From Perkinsus chesapeaki ATCC PRA-425 (lineage: Eukaryota > Protista > Perkinsozoa): a stretch of 64,000 bases of DNA. The DNA lies in assembly GCA_013115145.1 (NCBI GenBank), contig JAAPAO010000004.1:160243-224242 (forward strand), written 5' to 3'. The translations under genes and the position numbers were made by a program. Below are positions 25,706-37,481 of the stretch, in pieces; positions within the stretch are counted from its first letter, which is position 1; the number at the start of each line of letters is the position of its first letter. The notes beneath the pieces are model-generated. The model had not been told where the DNA came from, searched no databases, and saw only the letters and a list, made by a program, of their open reading frames with translations.

Positions 25706-27451
25706 ATGGGTTGCTGTGCTATAACAGGTATAGCTACAGCATGCTGTTGTTGTATTGGTACTAGTGGTAATACTGATTCAATTAAGGTAATAATAATGAG
25801 GTTAGTAGTAGTAATAATAATATTATTATCAGATAGTAAAGGGTTTATCATTTATATTACAAGTATTATCGGTTATATTAATGTTAGTATTTCGAACAAC
25901 AAATCCCGAGACATGGTTAAATGGGGTACCGGGAATAAATAATTGTAATAATATTAATAGTATAAATAATAATAATATTGGTAATGATTAGGTGGCAATG
26001 CAAAAGCAAGTGGATTAACTAATATACAAATTAATGATATTAATGAGTGCTATAAGGATCAACTTGGGTATAGGTTTGGTACAGCAACAGTTATTATATT
26101 CCTAATACAATCAATATTCAGTTTATTAGGATCTAAAGTAGGAATGGCTGTTACTGGATCATGGTAATAATAATAATAATGATAATAATAATAAATGTTA
26201 TTCGATAAAATAGGCAGCTTCTGTTACTGCTGCTGCTGTTATTATTATTGTCATTGTTGGTGTTAGGTGGTTATTAAAATATCTATTAGTACCTGGTGTA
26301 GGATTCCTTCTAATATTAGTACCAAATTCATTCTTTAATACATTAATTGATATCTATACGGGTATACTATTCATCTTTATTGTATTACAGATGGTAGTAT
26401 TACTTGATTTTGGGTATTCATGGAATGATTTATGGGTAGCTAATGCTATTGAAGATGAAAGAAATGATATGTTAAATGATAAAGCGGGACGTAAATGGTA
26501 TATAGCATTAACAACAATATCAATTATAATGTATTTATGGTTTATAGCTGCATTTATATGGATGTTTACATTAACTCAACAATCAACAACATTAAATGCC
26601 GTATTATCTATAACCTTTATTGTAACCATTATATTGGTTATATTCTCATGGACAGAATGGGCTAAAGCAGTAATAATGATAATAATGATATATATTACTA
26701 TTATTACCATTTAGGGTGCTTTATTACCGAGTGCTGTTGTTGCTACATATGTTACATGGCTTGCATATTGTTCATCATTATCTAACTATGAATATAAAGC
26801 ATCACCGAATGCATCCAGACAGGTTATTGGTTATATAGTAACAGCAATAGTATTTATATATATGTCAACTAAAGTAGCTAATCCAATATTAATAAGACCA
26901 TCATCACAGGATGATGGCACTGATGTAGCGGTTGCAACTATACAGCAAGAAAAACGTGATCAAGCAGCAGCAGCAGCAGGAGGTGATGAATAATATTAAA
27001 TATAATTAATAATATTATTATCAGATAATGCTATTGATAAATTAGCTAATATTGATACTGGTACTACTACTAATCCTAAAGATATTGAGAATGGAACAAA
27101 GATCACATCATCATCCTCTCCACCTCCAGTGATGGATGACAACGATATGACAGTATTGTCATGGTGGCAAGTGTTGTAATAATAATAGTGTATTATATTG
27201 TTAATAATAATGCCTTGTTTGCCTTGTATAGGTTCTTAAATATAATACATTTAACTGGTGCTATGTATTTAACGGTTCTTAGTACTAAATGGATAAGTGG
27301 TCCATTAACACCGAGTGAAGGTTCATCAGCTTCAAGAGAATTAGATTATTGGATTCAAGTATCAGCATTATGGACAATGTTAGCCCTATTTGCATGGACA
27401 TTAATTGCACCAATAATCCTTAAGAATCGCAACTTTTCAACTTATGCTTAA
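25706..27451 (+). CDS. Serine incorporator (SERINC/TMS1) family membrane protein, multi-exon
   Basis: Cys-rich start MGCCAITGIATACCCC; MVVLLDFGYSWNDLW; GALLPSAVVATYVTWL; ends WTLIAPIILKNRNF. Confidence 0.8.
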
Positions 27452-27779
27452 CAAGGACAACATAACCCAACTTATTATTATTATTAAGACTCCTTCCTGT
27501 TGTGAAGTTGTGTTTCATTTTGTACTACTACTAATAATAATAGCAATGACGATATAAACTGAGTCTAATTTGTTGTTGATATGAGTAAGTATAGACTACC
27601 TAGAGTTAGGTTCATTATTATTGTTATTATCATCATCATAATAATCAAGTCATATTTGTCCATATTTTATCCATAGTACCTGATTACAGTGTTGTTGTTA
27701 CTATTAGTGGGGGTATATATAACAATGTATACATGGTAGTTGATTGAGGAGCTGCTGCTGCTGCTGTTACTATTAATAA

Positions 27780-30053
27780 ATGGGTTCCTGTTGTTGTAGT
27801 AGTCTTGTCGAAAAGAGGGGGAATAATAATAGAAAAGAGCAAAGGTTGCCAAGCAAACGGTTTTCATCGGTTTTACAAGGTTTAATTAAGATAGTTGAAA
27901 ATAGATCACGTAGGTCAAATTGTGATGATGGTGATAAATATTATTATCTAAATCAATATGAAGCAAATAGTAAAAAAGAAAGAGAACTAGAATTAGAAAG
28001 AAGAAAGAAGAATAGTCATAAGAAAAGTGTTAGAATTGAAGGAGATGATAAAGATGAAGATGGTGGTGGTGGTGGATTAAAAGAGAATGATAATAAAGTG
28101 CTAAATAAAGCAGTAAAAGAACGTGAAAAACATAAATTAAGTGAATCTAGAATATCATCACGAAACGGTTATACAATTAATAGGAGAAGGGAAAGTAAGA
28201 GATCATCAGATGATAGAGCATCATCAAGAAGGAGACACCATCATCATCATCACTATGGAGGAGAAATACGTGATGATATATTATGTTGCTCCATATTAAA
28301 AGCACCTGAATGGTGCGATGATGAGTGTGATAGTAACCACAATGAATCGATGATGATAAAATTAGGAACGTATATTATATGTACCGATAAGGACTGTCAT
28401 TGGGTAATATATAATAATAGTATATTATTATAGGATGATATTATTATTACAATTTAGAAAGATGATGAAGAAATCGGTATGTCATGTGAAAGAAGAATAG
28501 CTAGAATGATGGTTAATAAAGCATTACCATTAAATGGGACATCATCTTCGAATAAGGTGGTATATTTGGTAATAACCATCAAGATTATTATTATTTTATT
28601 ATTAGATTAATGATATGGGTTCAACAGGTGGGATTGGTATGAGAAAGCATATGTCAGCATCCATGAAAGTTCACCAATCAGCAGCAGGAAATAAAGATGT
28701 AGTAATATATAATTCTTATTAAACTATTATATAGTTTTTACTATTTCAGCAGCATTATTGTTGCTCTACGATACTTATACCAATAAATAACAATAACAAT
28801 ACTAGTGAGACTCATAATGAGACTTTTATATTATGTGACAATCATCATCATCACTCATCACAGGTACTGCTGCTGCTGTGACAGGCAGTCGTAGTGTTAT
28901 CATCTTCATGTTACCTTTATTATTTAGATATCTGATAAAGAATGTGATTCCATTCAACGTATAATAGCCAATTTAATGGCAAAACAATGTATCAAACGGT
29001 CGTCAGCAGCAGCAGCATTACATGTTGCTATTACATGATTATCATAATCCTGTTGGTGATATATAATATTATTGTGTTATTATTAGTTATATACTAATTA
29101 TACATATCTTGTTCAAGATAATGTCACCTTCTCCAGTAGGTGAAGTAATGAAGAATGATTTAATTGATGTTGAGGATAAAGGAAAGGAGGAGGAATTAAC
29201 CAGATTATTATCCCTTAGGGAGGTTCTTGAAGCACAACTAGTAAGAGCTAATAAAAGGATTAAATTAGGCAGAAAAGAGGATGATGGGATATTAAATAAT
29301 AATGGAGGTAATTGTTAATTGCTGCTAATTGTTATAATATGTATTATTACTATTTTAGTTAATTTTAATGAATTATTATTGGAATCTCGTAAATTAACAC
29401 CAACAACTATACCACCACCATATATGACATTTACGTGTGATGCTGGACCACAAGAAGCATTACCAGTTAGGAGTCATGTACCATTCCCAACATTAGATGA
29501 GTTTAGAACTAGTACTTTATTTATGCATATAATAAAACAACAACAACAAGAACAAGAACAACAACAACAACAAGAACAGAATAAAAAGGAGGTTATAGTA
29601 GAACAGAAGAGAAAGGCACAAGAAAAAACAAGGTAATTATTTATATTATTATGAGGTTGTTATTAAATACATTATTATTAGGCATCAAGAGCAACTGACA
29701 ACCACAGTTATCAGTGATACTGATAGGCCTCCTCAACACGTATTGCCTAATCATGGACCATCGGCATTATTACAGGTTATTATTATTATTAAATTTATTG
29801 TTATTATTATGATTCTTAGGCATCGAGAATGGCTGCAGCAGCTGCTGCTGTAGATGATGATGATTCATCATCCTCATCATCATCTTCATCTGATGATGAA
29901 AGTGCATCATCATTCGATGATTCATCTTTGATGGATGATGAAAATAAAATAAAAGAAGATATTAAGACAACTCAGCAACAACAGCAGCCACCGATACCAT
30001 CAGATGATGATGATGACGATGATGATGAATATGCTGGAGAGTTTGATGATTGA
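27780..30053 (+). CDS. Hypothetical low-complexity protein with possible N-acylation (MGSCCC), multi-exon; may be more than one gene
   Basis: Chain of + strand ORFs (27780, 29109, 29319, 29829) separated by GT-AG AT-rich gaps; no recognised domain. Confidence 0.4.
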
Positions 30054-30161
30054 ATTAATTGACGTTTCGTTTGTAATAACAAAAACAGATATATTAATGA
30101 AACCAAGAATGGATAATAACATGACAAAAACTAAGAAGACGGTTACTATAATCGATCATCA

Positions 30162-32727
30162 TTACATATCAACCGGCTGACCTGTTTCAGAATATTTATC
30201 CGTATTTGTTGATTTATATTTATCAAGATATCTTATTGGTAATGACATCGCATCACGGCGAAATGGATCACCAAGTTCTCTAGTACAAACTATTTCAACT
30301 ACACTTGGTTTACCATCCTTCATTTGTATATCAATTGCTTTTTTAACAGCATCCTCAATCTCATCAACATGAGTACATCTAAAACCAACAGCACCAAATG
30401 ATTCAGCTACTTTAGCATAGTCTGGTTGATAATCAAGATTGGTACCTGATACAACAAAAACAACAACATTAATAATAATACCATTAATTATTAGTATTAC
30501 CAAGATAACGATCACCAAAAAAGTTAACTTGATTACTCTTTTCAGCACCCCATTGTCTATTATTATATACTATTGCTGTTACTGGTATATCTTCTCGAAT
30601 ACATGTTAATATCTCATTAATACCATTCATCATCCATGAACCATCACCATGATAAGCAACAGCAGGTCTATCTGGTCTACCTAATTTAGCTCCCATCATT
30701 TCACCATAAGCTGGTCCACATGATGCCCACATTCCAGGTCCAATTAATGATGGTTCACAAGTATTAAATAATGGCATATAACTACTACTTAAGGCTGATA
30801 AATTACCAGTATCAACACTTATCATAACATCATTCATTGGTAATAAAGCCTTTTGTACAGCAGATAATGCTTGCCTTGGTCTAACTTTACCTTCTTGACA
30901 TAATCTATTATCATTAGTCATATCATTCAATTTATTATTCCATGATTCAACCTAATAATCAACGAATAATAATATAACAATGATAATACACTTCTTATTA
31001 CATATTGTCTAGCTTTAGATAATCTATTATTAATATTATTATTATCTAATAAACCATTAGCTATACTATCCTTTATACCATCATTTGATGTAAAGTAACT
31101 ATATAGTCATATAATACTTAATAACATAATTAATGTTATTAGTACCTAGTAAGATCATCCATAAATAATCTAACATCACCATTAATAGCAACCTCAACTG
31201 GACCTATAACAGTTATCATCATCACTGTTTAATAATAATAATAATAGATTACATGTCAAACCAAGCCTTCTTGAATCTATATCAACTTGTATTAGTTTAG
31301 CGTTCTTAGGCCACCATTCTACACCATATTGTCTAATAATACTATTATTCAACCTAATCATATCCAACTATTAGGCTGCTATTACGGGTTTTTCATATAT
31401 GGATTTATCCTAGTCCCTAATGCCAATACAACATCAGCATCTTTAATAACATTCATAGCACCAAGACTACCACCGTAGCTAACGACGATTATAATAATAA
31501 TGCTGTTATAATGATAATATATTATACCTTAATATTCCAGCACATAATGGATGATCTTGAGGGAATGCATCACCGTGTAAATATGTAGTAACAACTGGAC
31601 ACTTTAATGATTCAGCTAATCCAATAGCTGATTCAATATTAGCTCTAGATGATGCTACACCACCACCAACCATAATAACCTATACAACGAAAAAACCCTC
31701 CTCCTCCTCATGATGATGATGATGATGCTGTAATAGTATTACTGGTTGTTTAGCTTTTGATAAGACATCTTTAGCTTTTTGTATCGAATGTGGTCCACCA
31801 GGGCCTCTTTCTATTATTAATGGATCTGGTATAGTAAAATCATATTTACCATACCAAAAATCCCTAAAATAGTATTCTTGTTGCTATTAGTCAGTGATTG
31901 ATGTTGCTGTTGTTAAGTTATTATTATTGATATTACCTAGGTATATTAATCTGTGTTGGTCCTTTATCATTAATAGCTATATCAAATGCTCTTGATGTTA
32001 TCTCTGCAACTCTTTTAGGATTAGTAATTTGCCCTTGATATTTAACCATACTTTCAAATATCTTCAATTGATTACATTCCTATATTAATAATCATCACCG
32101 AGTAGGAGGAGGAGGCGATGGTTTGTTCCCTACTTGAAATCCACCAGTACCAGTCTGCATAGATGAATGGTCGGGTGTTAAAACAACAACAGGACTAACA
32201 TAAATAACAACACATATAATACAGTTCCTCATGCTGATGATGATGATGATGCTGGTTGTTGTTGTTGTTGTTTATAATAATATTATTATTATTACCTATG
32301 TGACCAATAACAACCTTGTAAAGCAGTTACAAAATTAGTTATACCAGGACCATTCTGTGCAGCACATACACCATGCTTACCAGTAATACGAGCATAACCA
32401 TCAGCCATATGTACAGCGTTTTGTTCATGTTGTACACTTATATATCTTATACCAGCAATAGGGAATAAATCAAGAGCATCCATAAATGCTGAACCGGCAA
32501 TACCAAATACATATTTAACATCCTAATATTATTATAACATATATATTACTAATTATCCTTACTTGTTTTATCAAGGTTTCAACAAATGCCTCACTGGGTG
32601 TCATAATACCTTTATTGATATTATTCCTACTACTTGAAGAATATGCATTATTAGTAATAATAGAATAATATCTATTATTACTAATAATACGATTATATGG
32701 TTTAGATAGTAATAATACTGTAGCCAT
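30162..32727 (-). CDS. xsc: Sulfoacetaldehyde acetyltransferase (ThDP-dependent) with N-terminal presequence, about 10 or more introns
   Basis: MTPSEAFVETL; VFGIAGSAFMDALDLF; HEQNAVHMADGYARITGKHGV..QNGPG; GPTQINIPRDFWYG; YLHGDAFP; QYGVEWWPKNAKLIQVD; GDGSW..NNRQWGAEKSNQVNF; VCTRELGDPFRRDAMS.P.RYLDKYK. Confidence 0.88.
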
Positions 32728-32882
32728 ATAACAAAGGGGATAACCTACTAATAATGATAAATATATAACACAATATATTATTGTTAGGGAAAGTATTATC
32801 ATCGTCATCATAATCCATATAACTGCTATTACTGCTGCTGTTTCTGTTTCTGTTGCTTTTACTACCACACTTTTTGTTATTA

Positions 32883-33684
32883 TTAGAGCATAAGATATGA
32901 TCTAGTATTAATGATAGGCATAAATGAGAAAGCTAATGGGAATATAGGTAATAGGAATGCTATTAGATATAAGGTAAATACATGATCCTTTAATACAATC
33001 TCAGGTAATAATGAGAATGCAAAATAGGATACAGTTAACCAAGTAGCTACAAACATTAGATCCGCAAATAGGTTCTGAAAGCAGGGTGTTGGAGCAAAAC
33101 TCATAACAAGGTATCTAATAATACACTAGTAGATAATATATTAATAATTATATATACTACAAGAATAACATAAAATAATTATGTTGAAATGCTCCACCAC
33201 TACTCATCTTTTGTCCCAATAATAAAGCTACATAACCAGCACCCAATACAGTTGGTATAGTTAATGCAACTTGACCTATTTGAGATGGGCTAGCAGCAGC
33301 TAATGATAGATAACTTAATGCAACCCCTAATAACAAAGGTATATAATATATATAATAGTATATATTACCTGGTGATAGTGGATCTAATAAAGCTCTACTA
33401 GCATCGAATGCAGCAGCATATGGTCTTGATGCCCATAAACCAATTGTTGATATATTCCTATGTTGATTAATATTCATCCTTGGTTTAGTTATTATTGATG
33501 TATTAGCTTGTTTAATACAACCTAATATATATAATAATATGATTAAATAATAATTATTACTTGTAGATAATAATCTAGTATTATTAAACATACCAATAGT
33601 AGTAGGTTTAATAATAGATGTTAATATAGGATTTGTTATTAATCTATTCATAACAAACCTATTACCTATAATAGTACTAGCCAT
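32883..33684 (-). CDS. Uncharacterised membrane protein with mitochondrial-type presequence, 4 exons
   Basis: MASTIIGNRFVMNRLITNP...TRLLST (basic, no acidic residues) followed by several hydrophobic segments; three GT-AG introns keep the frame. Confidence 0.55.
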
Positions 33685-33767
33685 ACCAATAATTGGTTAA
33701 AAACACCTATAAAGATAATAATAACCAACCCCTTCGGGCGATGATTGGGTCTGCGTATGTTACATTT

Positions 33768-33777
33768 AGCGCTCGCC
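33768..33777 (-). promoter_or_regulatory. GGCGAGCGCT motif, copy 2
   Basis: Centred in the 177-nt divergent spacer, 83 nt and 84 nt from the two ATGs. Confidence 0.5.
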
Positions 33778-33861
33778 CAGTCAACTAGGAATGCGACGCC
33801 ACCGCAGCGACAGACGGCGGCGGTAGCAGCCTCATCCTCATCCTCAGTAGTTGTTGTTGTT

Positions 33862-34233
33862 ATGGTAGTATTGGATAATAATAAATTCCTAGTTGAACTA
33901 GGTAAATTATATACAATAGAAGGTGTTAATTGTATATGGTTAGGGAGTAAAAGTAATATATAATATTATATATAATAATATTAATATTGATAGGGATGAT
34001 TAATAACAAAGAGCAAGACGATGAGCCATATTGTATGGTAAGAGCTACAAGGAGTGGTGGTAAGAAATTAATGATTGGTAAAAGTAAAGTACCTAAAAAG
34101 ATTAGTACAAAAGTAATATATTATATTAATGATATATTATAATAATTATTAGGTTAATAGAGGATCATATAATGAATTTCAAAGACAATTATCATCATTA
34201 TTACGGCTACATTTACATAAAGGTGGAAAATAA
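33862..34233 (+). CDS. SRP14: Signal recognition particle 14 kDa subunit, 3 exons
   Basis: MVVLDNNKFLVELGKLY; YCMVRAT...KKISTK/V; NEFQRQLSSLLRLHL; stop 34231-34233. Confidence 0.75.
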
Positions 34234-34310
34234 ATAAGTATAGTTTCATAATATAATATTGTGTTATACGGTATTATTATTATAAGGTATTATTATTGTT
34301 GTTGTTTTGT

Positions 34311-34767
34311 ATGAAGAAGAATAGATCTAAAGCAGCTCAACATGCCTTCCTACAGCGGGCGGATGCTGAATACCGGGAAAAGTTGGAGAAAAAGGCAGCG
34401 AAGAGGAGGGAAAATAAGATATCTAATATGGACGTAGATAATAAGGTATGAAGGGCAAAGGGTAATAAGAGGATATTATTAATATTACCAGTAGATTGAG
34501 GATAATGATATAGATCTAATCGATAATAGTATTAAAAATAGAAGACCATTGTCAACTAGGGATAAAATGGCTAAAAAAAGAAGGGAGAGAAGGGATAGAT
34601 TAAAGATAAAGGGTAGTATCATTATCTATATATTATAATAAGTTAATAATATAGTTATACATAAAGGAGATATTAAAATGGATAATAAGGGTAAAGAAAG
34701 GAAAACATTAATAATCAAGAAGGATATTATTAAAGGAAGTATAAGAAATAGAGGGACGAAATCATAA
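34311..34767 (+). CDS. Small highly basic hypothetical protein, 3 exons
   Basis: MKKNRSKAAQHAFLQRADAEYREKLEKKAAKRRENK..., joined by GT-AG introns to a stop at 34765-34767. Confidence 0.5.
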
Positions 34768-34893
34768 TAATAAGGAGGATTCTATTGGCGGTGTCGGTAG
34801 CGGTTATGATAATAATACCATTTACGTATTCACTGTTCCTATACTAACATTTTAATGTATAGTGTTAATAGTAATAATTAATATATAGTAGTG

Positions 34894-37329
34894 ATGATGA
34901 TAATACTATATTATAAAAGGATATGTCCATTATTATTAAAGGAGGCACCCATTACTACTACTAGTATTATTAACCGATGTTATTATAATACAACAAGTAG
35001 TGCTGGTGAAGTCGAAGGGGAGCCACCATCATTTAGTACATTAGTAATATATAAGGCAAGAGGATTAAATAAATATATTAAAGATAATAATAATATAGAT
35101 TATAATATAATCAATAATGAATGGACTACTATACACAGGTAATAACAACAATATTAATAGCAATAATCAATGTATTATTATTATTCAGTAATTTTACGAA
35201 GTATTATTTAAAGGCTCCTACACAACAACTTGGTGCATTCTTAGCATTACTACATTCATCTTATACAAGTAATACTTTTATAAATACCAATACAATGATG
35301 ATACATAATGATATAATAAGGAATAATAATATTTATAATAATGATACTATATATAAACTATTAAGGATATTAAATGATAGATTAAATGATGACACAGTTG
35401 ATATCAATAGTACTGCAGAATTGGCTTCATTATTATATTTTTCAATACCATTTATAACGAAATCATATGATATATTATTAATGTATGATTGGTGGATTAA
35501 TTCATGTTTGAATAGAATACTAGAATTAATTAAATTATCAAAAGCAACCCCCCAATCAATAGGATGGACAATAAGATGTATGGGAAATATTAATAAAGTA
35601 TTAAGATATAATTATAATGATGAATTATGGTTAACATTATTACATATATTAACCCAACATAAGAATTCATTTAATATATCAATATTAATAGAATGTTTAA
35701 AAGGTATTGAGGATAATTATACAACATTCACAAATGAGAGAGTATTACTACCAGATCCATTAATAGATAATACGCTTAAATCAATAAGTTCAAGGATAAT
35801 GGATATAATTAATGACAATGGTAACGTTGGTGGTAGTGGTAGTATAAGTTTAGATGATAGTGGTATAATATTAAGGATTTGGGCTAAATGTAGAATATGT
35901 GATGAGAAATTAATAAAAGTAATGATTAATAATATTAAGAATAATATATGTAGAAATAATACTAATAATATAACCCCACAATGCATGGTTGATACACTTT
36001 ATGGTATTGTTAAATTTAATCAACAATATAACAATACTACTACTACTGGTGGTGGTAATATTATAGATATATTAGCATTAAAGGCACGTAAAAAGATAAA
36101 AGACTTCACGTTGGAACAATTAGCACAATTCTGTTCATCATTGGCTAAAAGCCGTATAACTAATGAAGTTATATCGACAATGGTAGCAGATAGAGTTGTA
36201 TTAGAAACAATAACAAGAAGAAGAGAAAGTAGTAGAGGAGAAGATAATTGTTATATTAATAATAATACAACAACAATGGAGATGATGATGATGATGAATG
36301 ACTCTACACGTCGTCCTCCTCCTTCAACTGTTGCTGTTGTTGCTGCTGGATTACCCTCTTTACCTTTATATAGGGTTATTAATCTGTATACTGCATTTGC
36401 AAGATTTAAACATAAAAGCGATAGATTTTGGCGTGTTATGGATAATGAAATAATAAGAAGATATAATAATGGTAATAATAATTATGATGATGATAGTAAT
36501 TATAATTCATAGGTACATTATTAATTGATTCTAATGGTGATACTGTTGATCTAATTGAACTTATATCAGCTCATGCAGCAATCACAACAACAACAACAAC
36601 AACAAACAGCAGAGTAAATAGCAGTAGTGTAATGGCAGGATCGAGTAATCGTAGCAGCATTATGATAGCTGTAATTATACTGTAATGTAGTTCATGTTGT
36701 TGTTGTATAGGTAGTAGTAGTAATAATAATAAAGGATATAATAATTATACACCATCAATTGGTGATATACCATTATCAATATCACCATCAACAATATGTT
36801 CGGCAATAACAATAACAATATTAACAATAATAAATAATGATAATATATCATTATTAAAACCTAAAGAGGCATTACGATATTTAATTGCTGTTGGTAAAGT
36901 TGGTTATAGAGATAATCATGCATTACAATTATGTTTAAAATCATTAAGAGCACCATCAGCACCATCATTAAACGATAATATACATGATGGTAATGATGAT
37001 GATGCTACTACTGCTTCGATGAGGATGATGACTATGTTACCTGCCTATGCTACATTAACATTAACACAACACATGCAGCTTGATACAGCATTAATGAGAT
37101 TAGGTGTTCAGTGTGATGATTTAACAGATTATATTAAAACTCTAATGCCAAAAGCTAATGAAGCTGGTTCATTAACTAAAGAAGAATCAAGAGGAGCTTG
37201 GACTAATAATGATAGATTGTAAGAATAACAACTATTAAATATATTCTTGATTATTATTTTAGTAATGGTAGCCGTTATAGTGGTAAAAAAAGAAAGTTAA
37301 GTTGTAGAAAAAGAAAGCATATCTGGTAA
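34894..37329 (+). CDS. Organelle-targeted helical-repeat (HPR/RAP-like) protein, multi-exon
   Basis: Presequence-like N-terminus; repeats FTLEQLAQFCSSLAKSR, LPLYRVINLYTAFARFK, LKPKEALRYLIAVGKVGYRD. Family assignment is inference. Confidence 0.45.
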
Positions 37330-37481
37330 TGTTTCATTATCATTGTCATCATGGTTATTATTATTGATGTTTCTGTTGTTTCTGTTGTTTCTCTATCTTG
37401 TTGTTATTACTATTAACACAATAATTAATAGTATACAACACCGTTATAACGTTAAGACATTATCAACAACAACCTGGAACC

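Noticed and set aside
30162-32727. Calling the ThDP enzyme acetolactate synthase
   Set aside because: It lacks the AHAS-type LGMVRQWQ region and instead has QWGAEKxNQV, TPSEAFVE and ELGDPFRRDA, which I recall as Xsc-specific.
33728-33830. CCCTTCGGG hairpin and ATGATT box as a snoRNA or SRP RNA next to SRP14
   Set aside because: No D box or terminal stem, and too short for SRP RNA. Better explained as a GC-rich divergent promoter.
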